A DNA stretch of 64,000 nucleotides from NCBI GenBank assembly GCA_951406725.2, contig OX597814.1:152458001-152522000 (forward strand), written 5' to 3'. Every line of letters begins with the position of its first letter. The stretch's first letter is position 1. The notes under the pieces were generated by a model that did no database searches, was not told where the DNA came from, and worked only from the letters and a program-made list of their open reading frames with translations. Source of the DNA: Octopus vulgaris. Taxonomy: Eukaryota. Positions 51,088 to 63,960 of the stretch are shown here, in pieces. The position numbers and the translations under genes were made by a program.

Positions 51088-52294
51088 CTGAAAAGAAACA
51101 AATATTTCAATGATAAATTAAACAAACCAAAATGAAAAAAATACAATAGCAGAAGTGTTAGTAACCAGATCAAGGATTTATGAAGAAATATTTTCAAAAG
51201 TGGTAGGCATTCAGAAGGGTATTCAGTTGTAGTAGGAATCAGAACAGACATTAGGGCTCAACACAGCCCTCTGACCTGTCAGATGTTGATAAAACACCCA
51301 ACCGATACCAGTATGGAATATGGATGCTAAACGATGATGATGATTATGGTGATGATGGTGATGATGGTGATGATGATGTTGTTGTTGTTTGAGCCTAAAT
51401 CAACCCTGCAGCTCACGAGTTCTCTGTAAAACTGTCCAACCCATGCTAGTGTGGAAAGCAGACATTAAAAATGATGGTGGTGGTGGTGATGGTGGTGGTG
51501 GTGGTGGTGATGGTGATGATGATGATGATGGTGATGTTGTTTGAGTCTAAATCAACCCTGCAGCTCACCAGTTCTCTGTAAAACTGTCCAACCCAAGCTA
51601 GCATGAAAAGCAGACATTAAATGATGATGATGATGATGTGATAACGATGACGATAACGATGGTGGTGATGACGACGACTCCACAAAGGTGTGATTGTTTC
51701 AGCTTTGAACATAAAAACTTTAATCTTATTCAGATCAAGTCACTTACGAAACAAGTACAACTCTGAACATAAACTAAGTTCCGAAAGAACATTAATCCCA
51801 ATACAATAATTGTTTGGCAAAAGGAATAAGAATCCAAAATCAATATTATCAGCAAAATACATTCAATGTTAACAGAAAGACCAAACAAAACAAGTTGGAG
51901 AAAACCACAATGGAAATTACCTTCTAGGTTCTGCTTTTGTTTTTCTTTTGTTTTTTTTTTTTCAAAAAATATTTAAACATGGAGAAGTTTAAAATTTTAT
52001 TTTATTGTTATTTCTTTAGCTAAACCCAGACAGAAAGTCAAATATGTGCTGACATTTTCAAAAGTGGGCGGATAAACATCGTTTACAATGTTTATCAGCT
52101 CACAATGTCACTCAAATACAATTGTAGTTTTATTTTATCAGAAATTTAGAAAGAAAAATGTTTCAGAAGTTCCACCACAAACTAATTCTTTTTACATTTT
52201 CGTTATCACCATGACCATCACCACCACCATCTTCTAGTTTTCCCTATAGAGAAATCAATGCATGACTACACACACACACACACACACACACTCT

Positions 52295-52710
52295 TTTAAT
52301 CTTTTACTTGTTTCAGTCATTTGACTGCAGCCATGCTGGAGCACCACCTTTAGTTGAGCAAATCAACCCCAGGACTTATTCTTTGTAAGCCTAGTACTTA
52401 TTCTATCGGTCTCTTTTGCTGAACCACTAAGTTACAGAGACACAAACACACCAGCATCGGTTGTCAAGCGATGTTGGGGAGACAAATACAGACACACAAA
52501 CACACACACACACACACACTCACACACACATATATATGCATATATACAATGGGTTTATTTCAGTTTCCGTCGACCAAATCCACTCACAAGGCTTTGGTAG
52601 GCCTGAGGCTATAGTAGAAGACACTTGCCCAAGGTGCCATGCAGTGGGACTGAACCCGGAACCATGTGGTTGGTAAGCAAGCTACTTACCACACAACCAC
52701 TCCTGCACCT
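52295..52710 (-). mobile_element. SINE family B, full length
   Basis: Reverse complement of the 3886 copy. Confidence 0.88.
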
Positions 52711-52807
52711 ATAACAATACTGTGCATCAATCCCTTCATTTGTTCCTAATTTGACTAAGTTAATTAAATTAAGATTTTCTCAGGCAAAAACAGCAATACT
52801 AATAATA

Positions 52808-53248
52808 CTGGTTTCAAATTTTAGCACAAGGCCAACAATTTCGTGGGGGGAGGGCGCTTAAATCAATTGCATTAACCCCAGTAGTCAGCTGGTACTTATT
52901 TTATAGATCCCAAAAGGATGAAGGTCAAGCTGACCTCAGTGGAATTTGAACTTGGAACATAAAGTAGGACTAAATGCCGCAAAGCATTTTGTCCTGCATA
53001 CTAACAACTGTACCAACTTGCCACCTTAACAATAATAATCCTTTCTACTACAGGCACAAGGCCTGAAATTTGTGGGGGTGGGAGGGGACTAGTCGATTAC
53101 ATCGACCCCAATGTTTCACTGGTACTTAATTTCTCGATCTCAAAAGAATGAAAGGCAAAGTCAACCCAGTCGGAATTTGAACTCAGAACAAAGACAGATG
53201 AGATGCCACTAAGCATTTTGCTCGGTATGCTAACGATTCTGCCAGCTT
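52808..53248 (-). mobile_element. Two adjacent SINE family A copies
   Basis: Reverse-complement cores at ~52900 and ~53150. Confidence 0.78.
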
Positions 53249-54532
53249 AGTCGTTTACAGACTATAACATAAAAGTAGCAAAGTTAAGAAAGTATCTCAA
53301 TAATGGTACAATGGTACCATTAACAGATTTCAATCTGACACAGCTATTCAGACCAGACCTCTGATTACCTCTCCAGCCACAATTTTTTTTTCCCATCACA
53401 TACTCAGACAATTGTAAAAACCTCACCACTTTGCAAACGTCTACAAAGGTCACAGGTTCTGTCTCTTCTTCTCCGACTAACTTATAAGAAATGAGTACAG
53501 AATACATGTTATTCATTTGTTTATTGTAGGTGAGGCTTGGTGCTGGCATTGCTATGTGGTAAGTTTTCTTCCCAGCCATATGGTTCAAATCCACCACACA
53601 GCACCTTGGACGAGTGTCTGCTGCCATAGCCTCAAGCTAACCAAAGCCTTGTGATTGAATAAGGTTGATGGAAACTGAAAGAAACCTAACCATATATCTC
53701 CCAATGGTGGTGATGACGATGATGATGGAATTATTGCTGCTGCTGTTTTTATCAGAAGAGGAAAAGTCACACCTTTACATGTGGATATTAAATATTTTTC
53801 AATTAGGTTTCACTGAGACAAGTAAAATGATTCTATTTGAAATGAATAAAAATCTTGGTTAGCCCTCATCAAACACCTACACCCAGGACAATCTTGTCTT
53901 CCTCTCTGGAATAGCATACCTCTGATTAATTAACCAATGTCTCCTTAAGACTGAGGTTTAAAGGAGATTTAGCTCTTATTTATAGCAAGTCAAGCAACAA
54001 TGTAAAATACCCCTTGTTAGTAGTAATCTATTGTTAATTTCATCATCCTTCTTTAACTGAAGCATCATTACCATCATCATTTAATGTTCATTGTCCATGC
54101 TGGCAAGGGTTGGATGGTATGACCAGAGCTGGCAAGCTGGGGAGCTGCACCAGACTCTAGTCTGATTTGGCATGGTATCTACAGCTGAATGCCCTTCCTA
54201 ATGCCAACCACTTTACAAAGTCTGCTGGATGCTTTTACATGGCACCTCATGGGTGCTCTTATGTGGTACTGCACATACACTTTTACATGGCACTGCACAG
54301 GCACTTTTAGGTGGCACTGCACAGGCAATTTTTACATGACACCACTATGAGTGCTTTACACCACCAGAGGAACCAATCTTAACACTTCTGCTGTGGAGTA
54401 AATGTTTTCTAATTCTTATAAATTCTCATAAATTCTGACTCCAGCAAATTTTTATATAAAACTGGATGTAAATCTGTTTTAAATAAATGGGAATAATTTT
54501 TGTACCATTGCTTTATTTATTTATTTATTTTA

Positions 54533-54566
<34 letters not shown>

Positions 54567-55869
54567 GCTTAGTCAAAAAGGAAGGGCAAGAGCCCATGAC
54601 CCTTTACAGGGCCTCAAGACTGGTAGAAGGGCAAGAAAAAGGTATCCTTAAACCAGAGATCTGGCTCAGAGTGAACACTGCTAAAAGGGACCTAATGGAT
54701 CATTTGGGTGTTAAACTGAGCAACAGATGGAGTCCACCACCCCAACTAGACCTCAGTAGGATTTGAACTTGTAATGCAAACAGCCAAAAGAAATATCACA
54801 AGGTATCCTATCTGATGCTTTGAAGTTTCCACCTGTCCACCATCTCTATCAGCTTTGGATGAATTAAAATCAAAGCTGACCTCAGCGGGATTTGAACTCA
54901 GAAACCAAGGTACCAGAGTAATTACTGCAAGATATGCTGTCTGATGTTCCAATTCACTGCTTTGAATAATTTTTGTTGTAATTCACTTCACACCATGACC
55001 TAATAAATTATAAATTGTTGTTGTGATGATGGTGGTGGTGCTTGTTATTTAACCCCAGATCACCTCTGGTTGAGTAGATCTATGATTAAAGGTATTCCAG
55101 CATAGCTTTGCCACCTTGTTCACTTCAGACAGAATGCATTTAGGCCTACACTACCCAATGTCTTTTACATCTTTTTACTTTTTTCAGTCATTGAACTGTA
55201 GATATGCTGGGGTACCGCTTTGAAGGGTTTTAGGTCAAACAGTCAACCCCAGTACTGATTTTCAAGCCTGATACTTATTCTATCAATCACTTCTGTCGGA
55301 CTGCTATGTTACAAGAACATAGTCAAGCAGAGGTCACACACACAGAGGCACAGACACAGACACACGAACATGCATGTATACAACCAGCTCTTTCAGTTTC
55401 TGTCTACCAAATTCATTCACAAGGCTTTGGTCAGCCCAGCTATAGTAGAAGACACAAGCCCATAGTACTACATACAGAAATTTTTAATATGGTAGTATGT
55501 GACATGAGGAAGATTTGGCCAATTGTTCTAGAAAGTATAGAAAACACATAGAAGTTCCTTCATTAACTTCAATGATAGACAATAAAAAAAGGGCTGTACC
55601 AAAAATAGTGCAAAAATGGAAATTTTTTTTTTCATTAAGTGGCAAGAAAGGTAAGGGAGACAATTCCAAAATACAAATTAAAAGATGAATGAAAGTACTG
55701 ACTGGGGTGAGGTAGGTTTGATCTTTGGCAAGTACAGTGACAACCCATGTTTCCATCTTTTTAGACCTCCTCAGCAAAACTTGACAAATACAAGAGACAA
55801 CTCTAGATATATTTGACTGTTATTGAAATTCTTCAGCAGAATTATATTCTTCTGTAACAAGCTAAAAGT

Positions 55870-56275
55870 AGGTGCCAGTATGGTTGTGTGGTTAAGAAGC
55901 TCGATTTGCAACCATGTCGTTTCAGGTTCAGTCCTACTGCATGGCACCTTGGGTAAGTGTGATCTACTACAGCCCTAGGTTGACCAATGCTTTGTGAGTC
56001 AATTTGGTAGACAGAAACTGTGAAGAAGCTTGTCATGTATATGTATGGATGTATGTGTGTGTGTGTGCTTTTGTGTTTGTCCCACACTACAGTTTCATAA
56101 CAATTATTGGTTTGTTTACATCCCCATAACTTAGTGGTTCGGCAAAAGAGATCAATAGAATAAGTACCAGACTGTAAAAAAAGAATAAGTCAATTCATTC
56201 AACTAAAATCCTTTAAGGTGGTGTCCCAGCATGGCTATAGTCCTTAGACAGACATAAGTAAACGATAAAAGAAAA
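55870..56275 (+). mobile_element. SINE family B
   Basis: Head GGTTGTGTGGTTAAG and core CACCTTGGGTAAGTG. Confidence 0.8.
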
Positions 56276-57119
56276 GTGTTTTTTCTTCTTGTGTTCAAGG
56301 GAGAATGACAAAAAAATTAACTTCCGGTAACATGAGACCATATCAATCAGTCAATCCTGAAATGCATGATATCACAAAAATCATACTAACTTTGTTAACA
56401 TTCATTTTGAAGGAAGTGAGGAACTCTCTAATGTAAGGGAGGGAATTCTAATTCCTCCTTCTGTCATTCATATGTTCTGTAACAGAATAACTAGAGGACT
56501 AGGTTTTTAAATTAGAATTTTTTCATAGGATATTAAAAGATGTTGAACAACTGAGCATACCATTTTTTGCATATCTAAAATTAAAGTACCTAATGTGTCT
56601 TTTTTTTTTTTAAAGATGAAGTGATTTGAAGGTGTGATACAATGGCGATTTAGCAGTTATTTTTAACAGAATGAAGAACCATGTATCACAAACATTCCCA
56701 AGCATTTCACAATCAAACACCCCTTTTAGATTAATTTTCCCGTGGATCTCAAGCTTTTTCAAATCTCCATCTACACAACAAACAGATTTTGTTCTCTAAA
56801 AACAAGCTATTTGCCCACTTTTATCTTTTAGCTGAAAGGTATATGTAATTGAATAATTATAACTGAATAATTATACATTCTGCACTTCAACTTCTTAAAA
56901 TTTTGAAAACTGTTCACAGACCAACAGTACTATCTTTAATCACCTTTGGTAACCAACAAGCATGAACCAATGAGGAAGCTTCATTGAACCCACAGCAGAT
57001 TTAAAGTCAGAACCCAGAAATAGACATAACTATATATACTGTGAGCCATTCTGCTGCCAACTCTGCTGTTTCTGTCACACACCTACTCTTCTTTAGTGCC
57101 TCTGATAATAAAATAGAGA

Positions 57120-57719
57120 AGGTGGCGAGCTGGCAGAAACGTTAGCACGCCGGGCAAAATGCATAGCCGTATTTCGTCTGCTGTTACATTCTGGGTTCAA
57201 ATTCCACCGAGGTCAACTTTGCCTTTCATCCTTTCGGGATTGATAAATTAAGTACCAGTCACACACTGGGGTCGATGTAATCGACTTAATCTGTTTGTCT
57301 GTCCTTGTCTGTCCCCTCTATGTTTAGCCCCTTGTGGGTAATAAAGAAACAGGTATTTCATCTGCCGTTACGTTCTGAGTTCAAATTCCACCGAGGTTGA
57401 CTTTGCCTTTCATCCTTTTGGGGTTGATAAATTAAGTACCAGTCACGCACTGGGGTTGATGTAATCGACTTAATCTGTTTGTCTGTCCTTGTCTGTCCCC
57501 TCTATGTTTAGCCCCTTGTGGGTAATAAAGAAACAGGTATTTCATCTGCCGTTACGTTCTGAGTTCAAATTCCACCGAGGTCAACTTTGCCTTTCATCCT
57601 TTCGGGGTTGATAAATTAAGTACCAGTCACGCACTGGGGTTGATGTAATCGACTTAATCCGTTTGTCTGTCCTTGTCTGTCCCCTCTATGTTTAGCCCCT
57701 TGTGAGTAATAAAGAAACA
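57120..57719 (+). mobile_element. SINE family A trimer: head plus three 184-bp units
   Basis: GTATTTC at 57169, 57353 and 57537; perfect 16-bp TSD GATAATAAAATAGAGA at 57104-57119 and 57720-57735. Confidence 0.92.
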
Positions 57720-58369
57720 GATAATAAAATAGAGAGTTGACAGAAATGATATGATTCCACAAGGAATGCTTTCACTCCCTCCAAAAGAATGCAAAAATAA
57801 GTATCAGTAATATATCCATAGGGGTCCATGAATACCATGTTGGGGATAGCTGGTTCACAGGCGTCATCATTGACTCAAACTAGTTGGTTACAGACAATGA
57901 TTAAATCAAACAACAGCTCTCCTTCTTATCACAAGTTATGATTTGGTGCCAATAACTGAAATGAAACGTAAATTATCAAAGTTGATGAATTAATAAAAAT
58001 CATTAAAGCATCTGACTGAAATGTCGTGCAGTGCTTTGTTTCACTCTTTTTTTTTTTTTGATTCCTAGTTAAATATCTCAGCAAAGCCAGATGGGAGTTG
58101 CTTTCATCTGGGCAATGTGGTGTTGGAGTGATCAGTAAATGATTGGGATACAATTCAAAGTCTGTCTTCCTTCAGAAATCACTATTGAAGAAATTGACCA
58201 GTTACAATGTAACTATCAATTGACCATACTGTTGATGGCAAAACACACACACGCACTCACAAATACTACATATACACATACATATTCACTATGCAATGGC
58301 CATATTCTTAATATAAAAAATCTTGTGAGAATACACACACAAAAAAAATGTACAAATACTCTCATACAC

Positions 58370-58444
<75 letters not shown>

Positions 58445-58533
58445 AAGGTTTTCTGTGCAGTTTGTCTACACCCACACGTCTGTGTGTGTAAATATATATA
58501 TATATATATATATACATACATACATACATACAT

Positions 58534-58566
<33 letters not shown>

Positions 58567-59279
58567 GACATGCTCTGTCAGATTATTTTTTGAGCATCAT
58601 ATGTTGATGTTACCCACTAAACAGCAACAGATGGCAAGCTTTAGTCATGCTAATCTGTTTTTTACCTCAAGGAATCAAATAAATAGACTAGTTAGATAAC
58701 CTCTTGTATAAGGGAAAAGTTGAAATGGTTGCGACATGGAGAGATTATTAGTTGCTGTTATTGCTGTTTTGTTAATTATTTTCTTTAGCATATATGCCGA
58801 GTGGAGTAAAAAGTTTATCAGGAAAAACTGGTTGCTTTCACTCTCAATAAAAACCAAGCGAAAAGATATAAACTGTTCAGATTCAAGTTACTCTATTGGC
58901 AAATAAATAAATATATCCACATGCACACACACACAGAGAAACATACACTTATATGTGCAAACATGCATATATACAGATACATCATACACATGCATACATA
59001 TATGCATGTACACACTCTGCACTCTTGTTGGAAGCAAGTCCTGTGAAACACATACAACTAAATGCATACACACACACATGTTGAAGCATTTAAATATTAA
59101 CTGTACACACATACAATCACATATGCATCATCACACTGATATGCGTGTGTGTGTGTGTGTGTGAATGTACATGTGTAGTTATATTCTCATATATACATAT
59201 ACATATGGTGTCACTACATACATATAGCCACATAGTTATATGCAAATGCATCAGTCTCATACACATACATCCATATTTA

Positions 59280-59342
<63 letters not shown>

Positions 59343-59539
59343 AATACACAAATACATGAACACAAACAAATACACACATAAATACATATATACTAACAAA
59401 AGATGCATAGTAACATGCACACACATTTAAATGTACAAAGAAACATCCTAGAAGATATATGTGTCCGTATCCAAAGACATTTGTCAAAAGACAATTCCAT
59501 CCTTTCATCCTTACATACATCATTCTTTAATCACAATAG

Positions 59540-60383
59540 TATGTAGGGTCACTAGACATCAATACAATTTGTAATACATCAATGCCATGATGTAGGGTTA
59601 TTAGGTGATCATACAGTAATATGCCAGTGACATAGTATAGAGTTATTACTGTTGTAATATTGTATGTAATACATTAATGTCAAAATGTAAAGCTACTACT
59701 GAAGTGATATGGTATGTAATACAGCAATGTCAGTGTGTAACATTACTACTGTGGTAATACAGTATCTAACACATTAATGTCATACAGTAGGATTGCCACT
59801 AAGATGACACAGCATGCAATACAGCAATGTTACAATGTAGGGTCACTGCTGTGGTAATATGTTATGTAATACATCAATGAACAGTGAAGGCACATGGCTT
59901 AGTGGTTAGAGGGTAAAGCTTACGATCGTGAGGTTGTGAGTTCAATTCCCAGACCGGGCTGTGTGTTGTGTTCTTGAGCAAGACACTTTATTTCACGTTG
60001 CTCCAGTTAACTCAGCTGTAGAAATGAGTTGCGACATCACTGGTGCCAAGCTGTATTGGCCTTTGCCTTTCCTTTGGATAACATCAGTGGTGTGGAGAGG
60101 GGAGGCTGGTATGCATGGGCAACTGCTAGCCTTCCACAAACAATCTTGCCCTGACTTCTGCCTCGGAGGGTAACTTTCTAGGTGCAATCCCATGGTCATT
60201 CATGACCGAAGGGGATCTCCTCCTCTTAATACATCAGTGACATAGATTAGGTTTACTACTATGATGATACAGCATGTAACACAGGAATATTGTAGTATAA
60301 GGTCACAAGATAATGATACAGCAATGTTATAACATAGGAGCATTCTTTAATGATATAGTATGTAACAGATGAATGTCAAACTA
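59540..60383. repeat. Degenerate ~50-bp minisatellite in a DEPDC5 intron
   Basis: Recurrent TGTAGGGTCACT...GTATGTAATACATCAATGTCA units; resumes at ~61940-61997. Confidence 0.75.
59885..60222 (+). mobile_element. SINE family C variant
   Basis: Head GAAGGCACATGGCTTAGTGGTTAG; flanked by TAATACATCARTGA. Confidence 0.85.
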
Positions 60384-60385
60384 TA

Positions 60386-61676
60386 CGAGGGGCGTTTAAT
60401 AAGTAATGCCCCTGACCCACTTCCCATAGCAGTAGAGCAACGAAATTTGGCACAGTTATTAGTCTTTTTCTACATAAAAACCACCCAGAGTTACGCAGTT
60501 CTCCCACCGTTTGACGCAGCTCTGGAGACCGTTTTTGTAGAAGATCCCAGCTTGGTCCTCCAACCACGACGTGACTTCAGAAATCAAGGCTGCATCATCT
60601 GGGAAACGCTTTCCTTTCAAAAACAACTTCATGGCTGGGAAGAGGTGAAAATCAGAGGGTGCAAGGTCAGGAGAGTAGGGGCATGGGGGAGGAGTTCATA
60701 GCCGCATACCTGTGCTCCTGATCTGGTGACACGCGAGTTGTGGACCGGAGCGTTGTCCTGCAGCAGGAGGATGCCTTTGTTGATCTTGCCCCGCCTCTTG
60801 ATTTTGATAGCTTCTCTTAATTTCCTCAAAAGTGAAGTATAATAGGCTCCTGTAACTGTGGTACCCTTTGCCAGGAAATCTGTCATCACTACTCCGTCCT
60901 GGTCCCAGAAGACTGTGAGCATGACCTTACCAGCGGAGGGCTGCACCCTTGCCTTCTTTGGAGGAGGTGAGTCACGGTGCTTCCACTGCATTGACTGGGC
61001 TTTGGTCTCTGGATCATAGTGATGGATCCAGGTTTCATCCTGTGTAATCAGACTTTTGAAAAATTTTGACTCATCTTCTTGGCACATCTCCAAATTCACC
61101 CTCGAGCACTCGACGCGTTCTTGCTTCTGGAAAGGCATGAGCAACCTGGGAATCCATATGGCAGACACCTTTTGCATATGCAAATGGTCATGAATGATAG
61201 TTTCCACAGACCCGGTACTAATCTTGACCTCATGGGCTATTTGGCGAATAATTATGCGTCGATCTTCCAAAATGGCAGCCTCAACTTGACGGACAGATGC
61301 CTCATCAATGGCAGAAGGGGGTGACCAGATCTGGGAGCTGTTTCCACAGAGTTCCGACCATGTTTGAATTCACGATGCCAGCGTTTTACAAGGTCATATG
61401 ATAGGGCATCATCACCATAAGTTACTTTCATTTTATCAAAAGTCTTCCGTGGTGTGCGTCCTTTCAAATACAAAAACCGGATCACTGTTCGACACTCAAC
61501 AGGCTCCATTTCACACTTGACTCAGTTCAAACACGTGTAAATCAGAAACCACAATTATTTCAGAGCTGTAATTTGCCACTTAATCTATAGAGATATAAAT
61601 AATTACACATGCAAAATTTCAGCTAGATCAAACAACTGCAAGTAGGTCAGAGGCATTACTTATTGAACGTCCCTCG
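60386..61676 (-). mobile_element. Full-length mariner (DD34D) transposon in a DEPDC5 intron; transposase frameshifted
   Basis: ~37-bp TIRs CGAGGGGCGTTTAATAAGTAATGCCCCTGACCCACTT and its near reverse complement (4 mismatches), with TA on both sides. Transposase 61509-60459 has HTH, WIPRLL, DETW, QDNAPVH and YSPDLAPSDF motifs; frameshifts near 61320 and 60680. Confidence 0.96.
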
Positions 61677-61681
61677 TAGAA

Positions 61682-61936
61682 CAGTGTTTCTCAACCATTT
61701 TTTACTTAAAGACCCCTCAGATTCCTATTTTACTCAAATGGACCCACCTAGCCATTTGATGCTTAACAAATCATATTACATTTTTATAATTAAATATCGA
61801 GAGGAAATGTATAACAGAAATTGTTAAAATATTTTGTGCATTGTAGAAGCATAACCAATGTATTGCAGATAAATTTTAACAACAAAATCTTAAATGGACC
61901 TCCAAGGGTCACATGGACCCCAATTGAAAACCACTA
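61682..61936. mobile_element. hAT MITE adjacent to the mariner
   Basis: Termini CAGTGTTTCTCAA / TTGAAAACCACTA; internal GGACCC repeats like those of the 37399 element. Confidence 0.78.
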
Positions 61937-62030
61937 ATCTAGAGTCACTCAGTTGTAATGATATGCTATGTAATACTTTGACATTATATAAGGGTCAATA
62001 CCAAGATGAAAGATAAATATGTCTACTTAC

Positions 62031-62197
62031 AAGTTCACCAAAGACAGGTCCCGATGCCACCATCCATTGGACTTCTAACTCAAAAGCACATTTGGAATGG
62101 AAACCCGAACTATATTTTGCTCTTGCCCATTCTACACGGTCACTCTTTTTGCCAGGATCAACATCCACATTACAAAATTTATAGATTTCATTTTTAA
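62031..62197 (-). CDS. DEPDC5: DEPDC5 (GATOR1/Iml1) internal coding exon; upstream exons lie beyond the window
   Basis: Acceptor ttcatttcag|TT, donor CTT|gtaagt. Encodes KNEIYKFCNVDVDPGKKSDRVEWARAKYSSGFHSKCAFELEVQWMVASGPVFGEL, resembling the human C-terminal domain (recalled as [46 protein letters not shown]). Ends phase 0, matching the next exon. Confidence 0.93.
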
Positions 62198-62284
62198 CTG
62201 AAATGAATTGAAAAAGACAAAAATAAAGAAACAAAAACAAAAAGAAACAACTTATAAGTAACATTTAAAAATATGATAGAGTTC

Positions 62285-62486
62285 TTTCTAATTTTGGCAC
62301 AAGACCAGCAATTTTGAGACATAGAGAAAGTCAATTACATCAACTCCTATACACAACTGATACTTTATTTTATCAATCCCAAAAGGATGAAATGCAAAGT
62401 TGACCTCAGTAGGATTTGAAATCAGAACAAAAAGAGCCAGAGTCTAAGCATTTTGTCTGAGGTGCTAATGATTCTGCCAGCTCACC
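62285..62486 (-). mobile_element. SINE family A
   Basis: Reverse-complement head and core. Confidence 0.75.
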
Positions 62487-62924
62487 TGTATTAATAATAC
62501 AGGTGAAAAAAAAGCTGGAATAAGTTGAAGTTGAAGTGAAGCGATAGTCAAAAATATTTCAACTATGATCATCCTAATTTGGTGTGTTTGAGTGTTTAAA
62601 TATGTTAGAGTATGATTTGAGGGAGATTTGGTTGTTGTTTCAAGCATGTCAAATGACCACTTAGAGGTGCTGATGGTGATGCAGTTTATCTTCAAGTCAG
62701 CAATGTTCAGGTAGACAGACTAAATCCACTGCCTGGTTTTAAACTCTAACATCTGGCCATACAAGTGTCTTTAGCTTTGCTAACTCAATAACAAGTATTC
62801 AGGCTAAAATGCAATCTGGGATAACTTACTCTCTTCCTTTTATCAGTTTCAAAGGTGTTAGAAAAGGTCACAAACACTGACCTTCCTCCTCTAAATCATC
62901 ACCATCATCATTATTATTAACTAT

Positions 62925-63300
62925 TAATCAAAAAGTCCACCTTTAATATGAGGAAATTCATTATTAAAATGAGATAGAATGTATATACCTACAAGATCAG
63001 TAACTTCAGCAGAATCAGCTGATCCCATCGTAATGTCAAAAGAATTATTAGTATTTTTCTTGGTCCAGTACTCAGTGACCATTGTAATTGCTTTGATTTT
63101 ATCTATTTGAATTTTGGTTTTATTTTTTTTTATATTTATCATAATATAAATTATTAATGCTTACACTTGTAAGTAGGTATATTTTAATCAGTCTATTTTA
63201 TGATTTAGCAGTCCTTGCATGAAATTTTTTTTCTATTTTTTAGACAAATATTACCCTGACAAGACTCATTTGCCTAAATGTGAATTTTTATAAATTCACT
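62925..63300 (-). mobile_element. Penelope-like RT fragment of a second family
   Basis: NNSFDITMGSADSAEVTDLVGIYILS...GGLF resembles the PLE RT motif FDVTMGSxDxAExxELVGL...GLYRDD. Heavily truncated. Confidence 0.65.
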
Positions 63301-63674
63301 AGTGGATATGAATTGAAACAAATTGTAGGATATATATTTGTTTTGATTATCTGTTATATTATATTATATTATGTTATATTATATTTTTTTATAGTATAAT
63401 TATATTATATTATAATCATCATTGTCATCATCGTTATTTAATCTTCGCTTTCCATGTTGACATGGGTTAGTAAATTTTTAATATGTCAATTGTATTTTTC
63501 TATTTCCTTTAATATTTAGATATTGAAATTATACCATTTTAAGCTCCAATTTTTTCTCTACTATATTGTAGTATTTAACTGAAGAACCAGTTAAAATTGG
63601 ATGTTTTCCATCCCTTTGAAGGAAATTGCTTTTTCTTTGGATTGATTATAAATACATATATATACATATTCTTT

Positions 63675-63960
63675 TATTCTATTACTTGTTTCAGTCATTT
63701 GACTGCAGCCATGCTGGAGCACCACCATAAAGGGGTTTTAGTCAAACAAACTGACTCAAGGATGTATTCTTTGTAAGACGAGTACTTGTTCTGTTGGCCT
63801 CACCAAGCAATGGTGTGGGGGAGAAACACAGGCACACACACATAGATATATACATACATACATATATATATATATGATGGGCTTCTTTCAGTTTCCATTT
63901 ACCAAATCCACTTACAAGGCTTTGGTCAGCCCAAGGCTATAGTAAAAGACACTTGTCCAA
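63675..63960 (-). mobile_element. SINE family B
   Basis: Reverse-complement tail and core. Confidence 0.78.

Noticed and set aside
50985-51251. 88-aa minus-strand ORF over a DEPDC5 exon
   Set aside because: Wrong frame; the DEPDC5-like frame is different and bounded by splice sites.
57169-57719. Regular repeats as a possible CRISPR array
   Set aside because: Units are contiguous 184-bp SINE bodies with no unique spacers; eukaryotic context and no cas genes.
60459-61509. Active or domesticated mariner transposase
   Set aside because: At least two frameshifts and mismatched TIRs.
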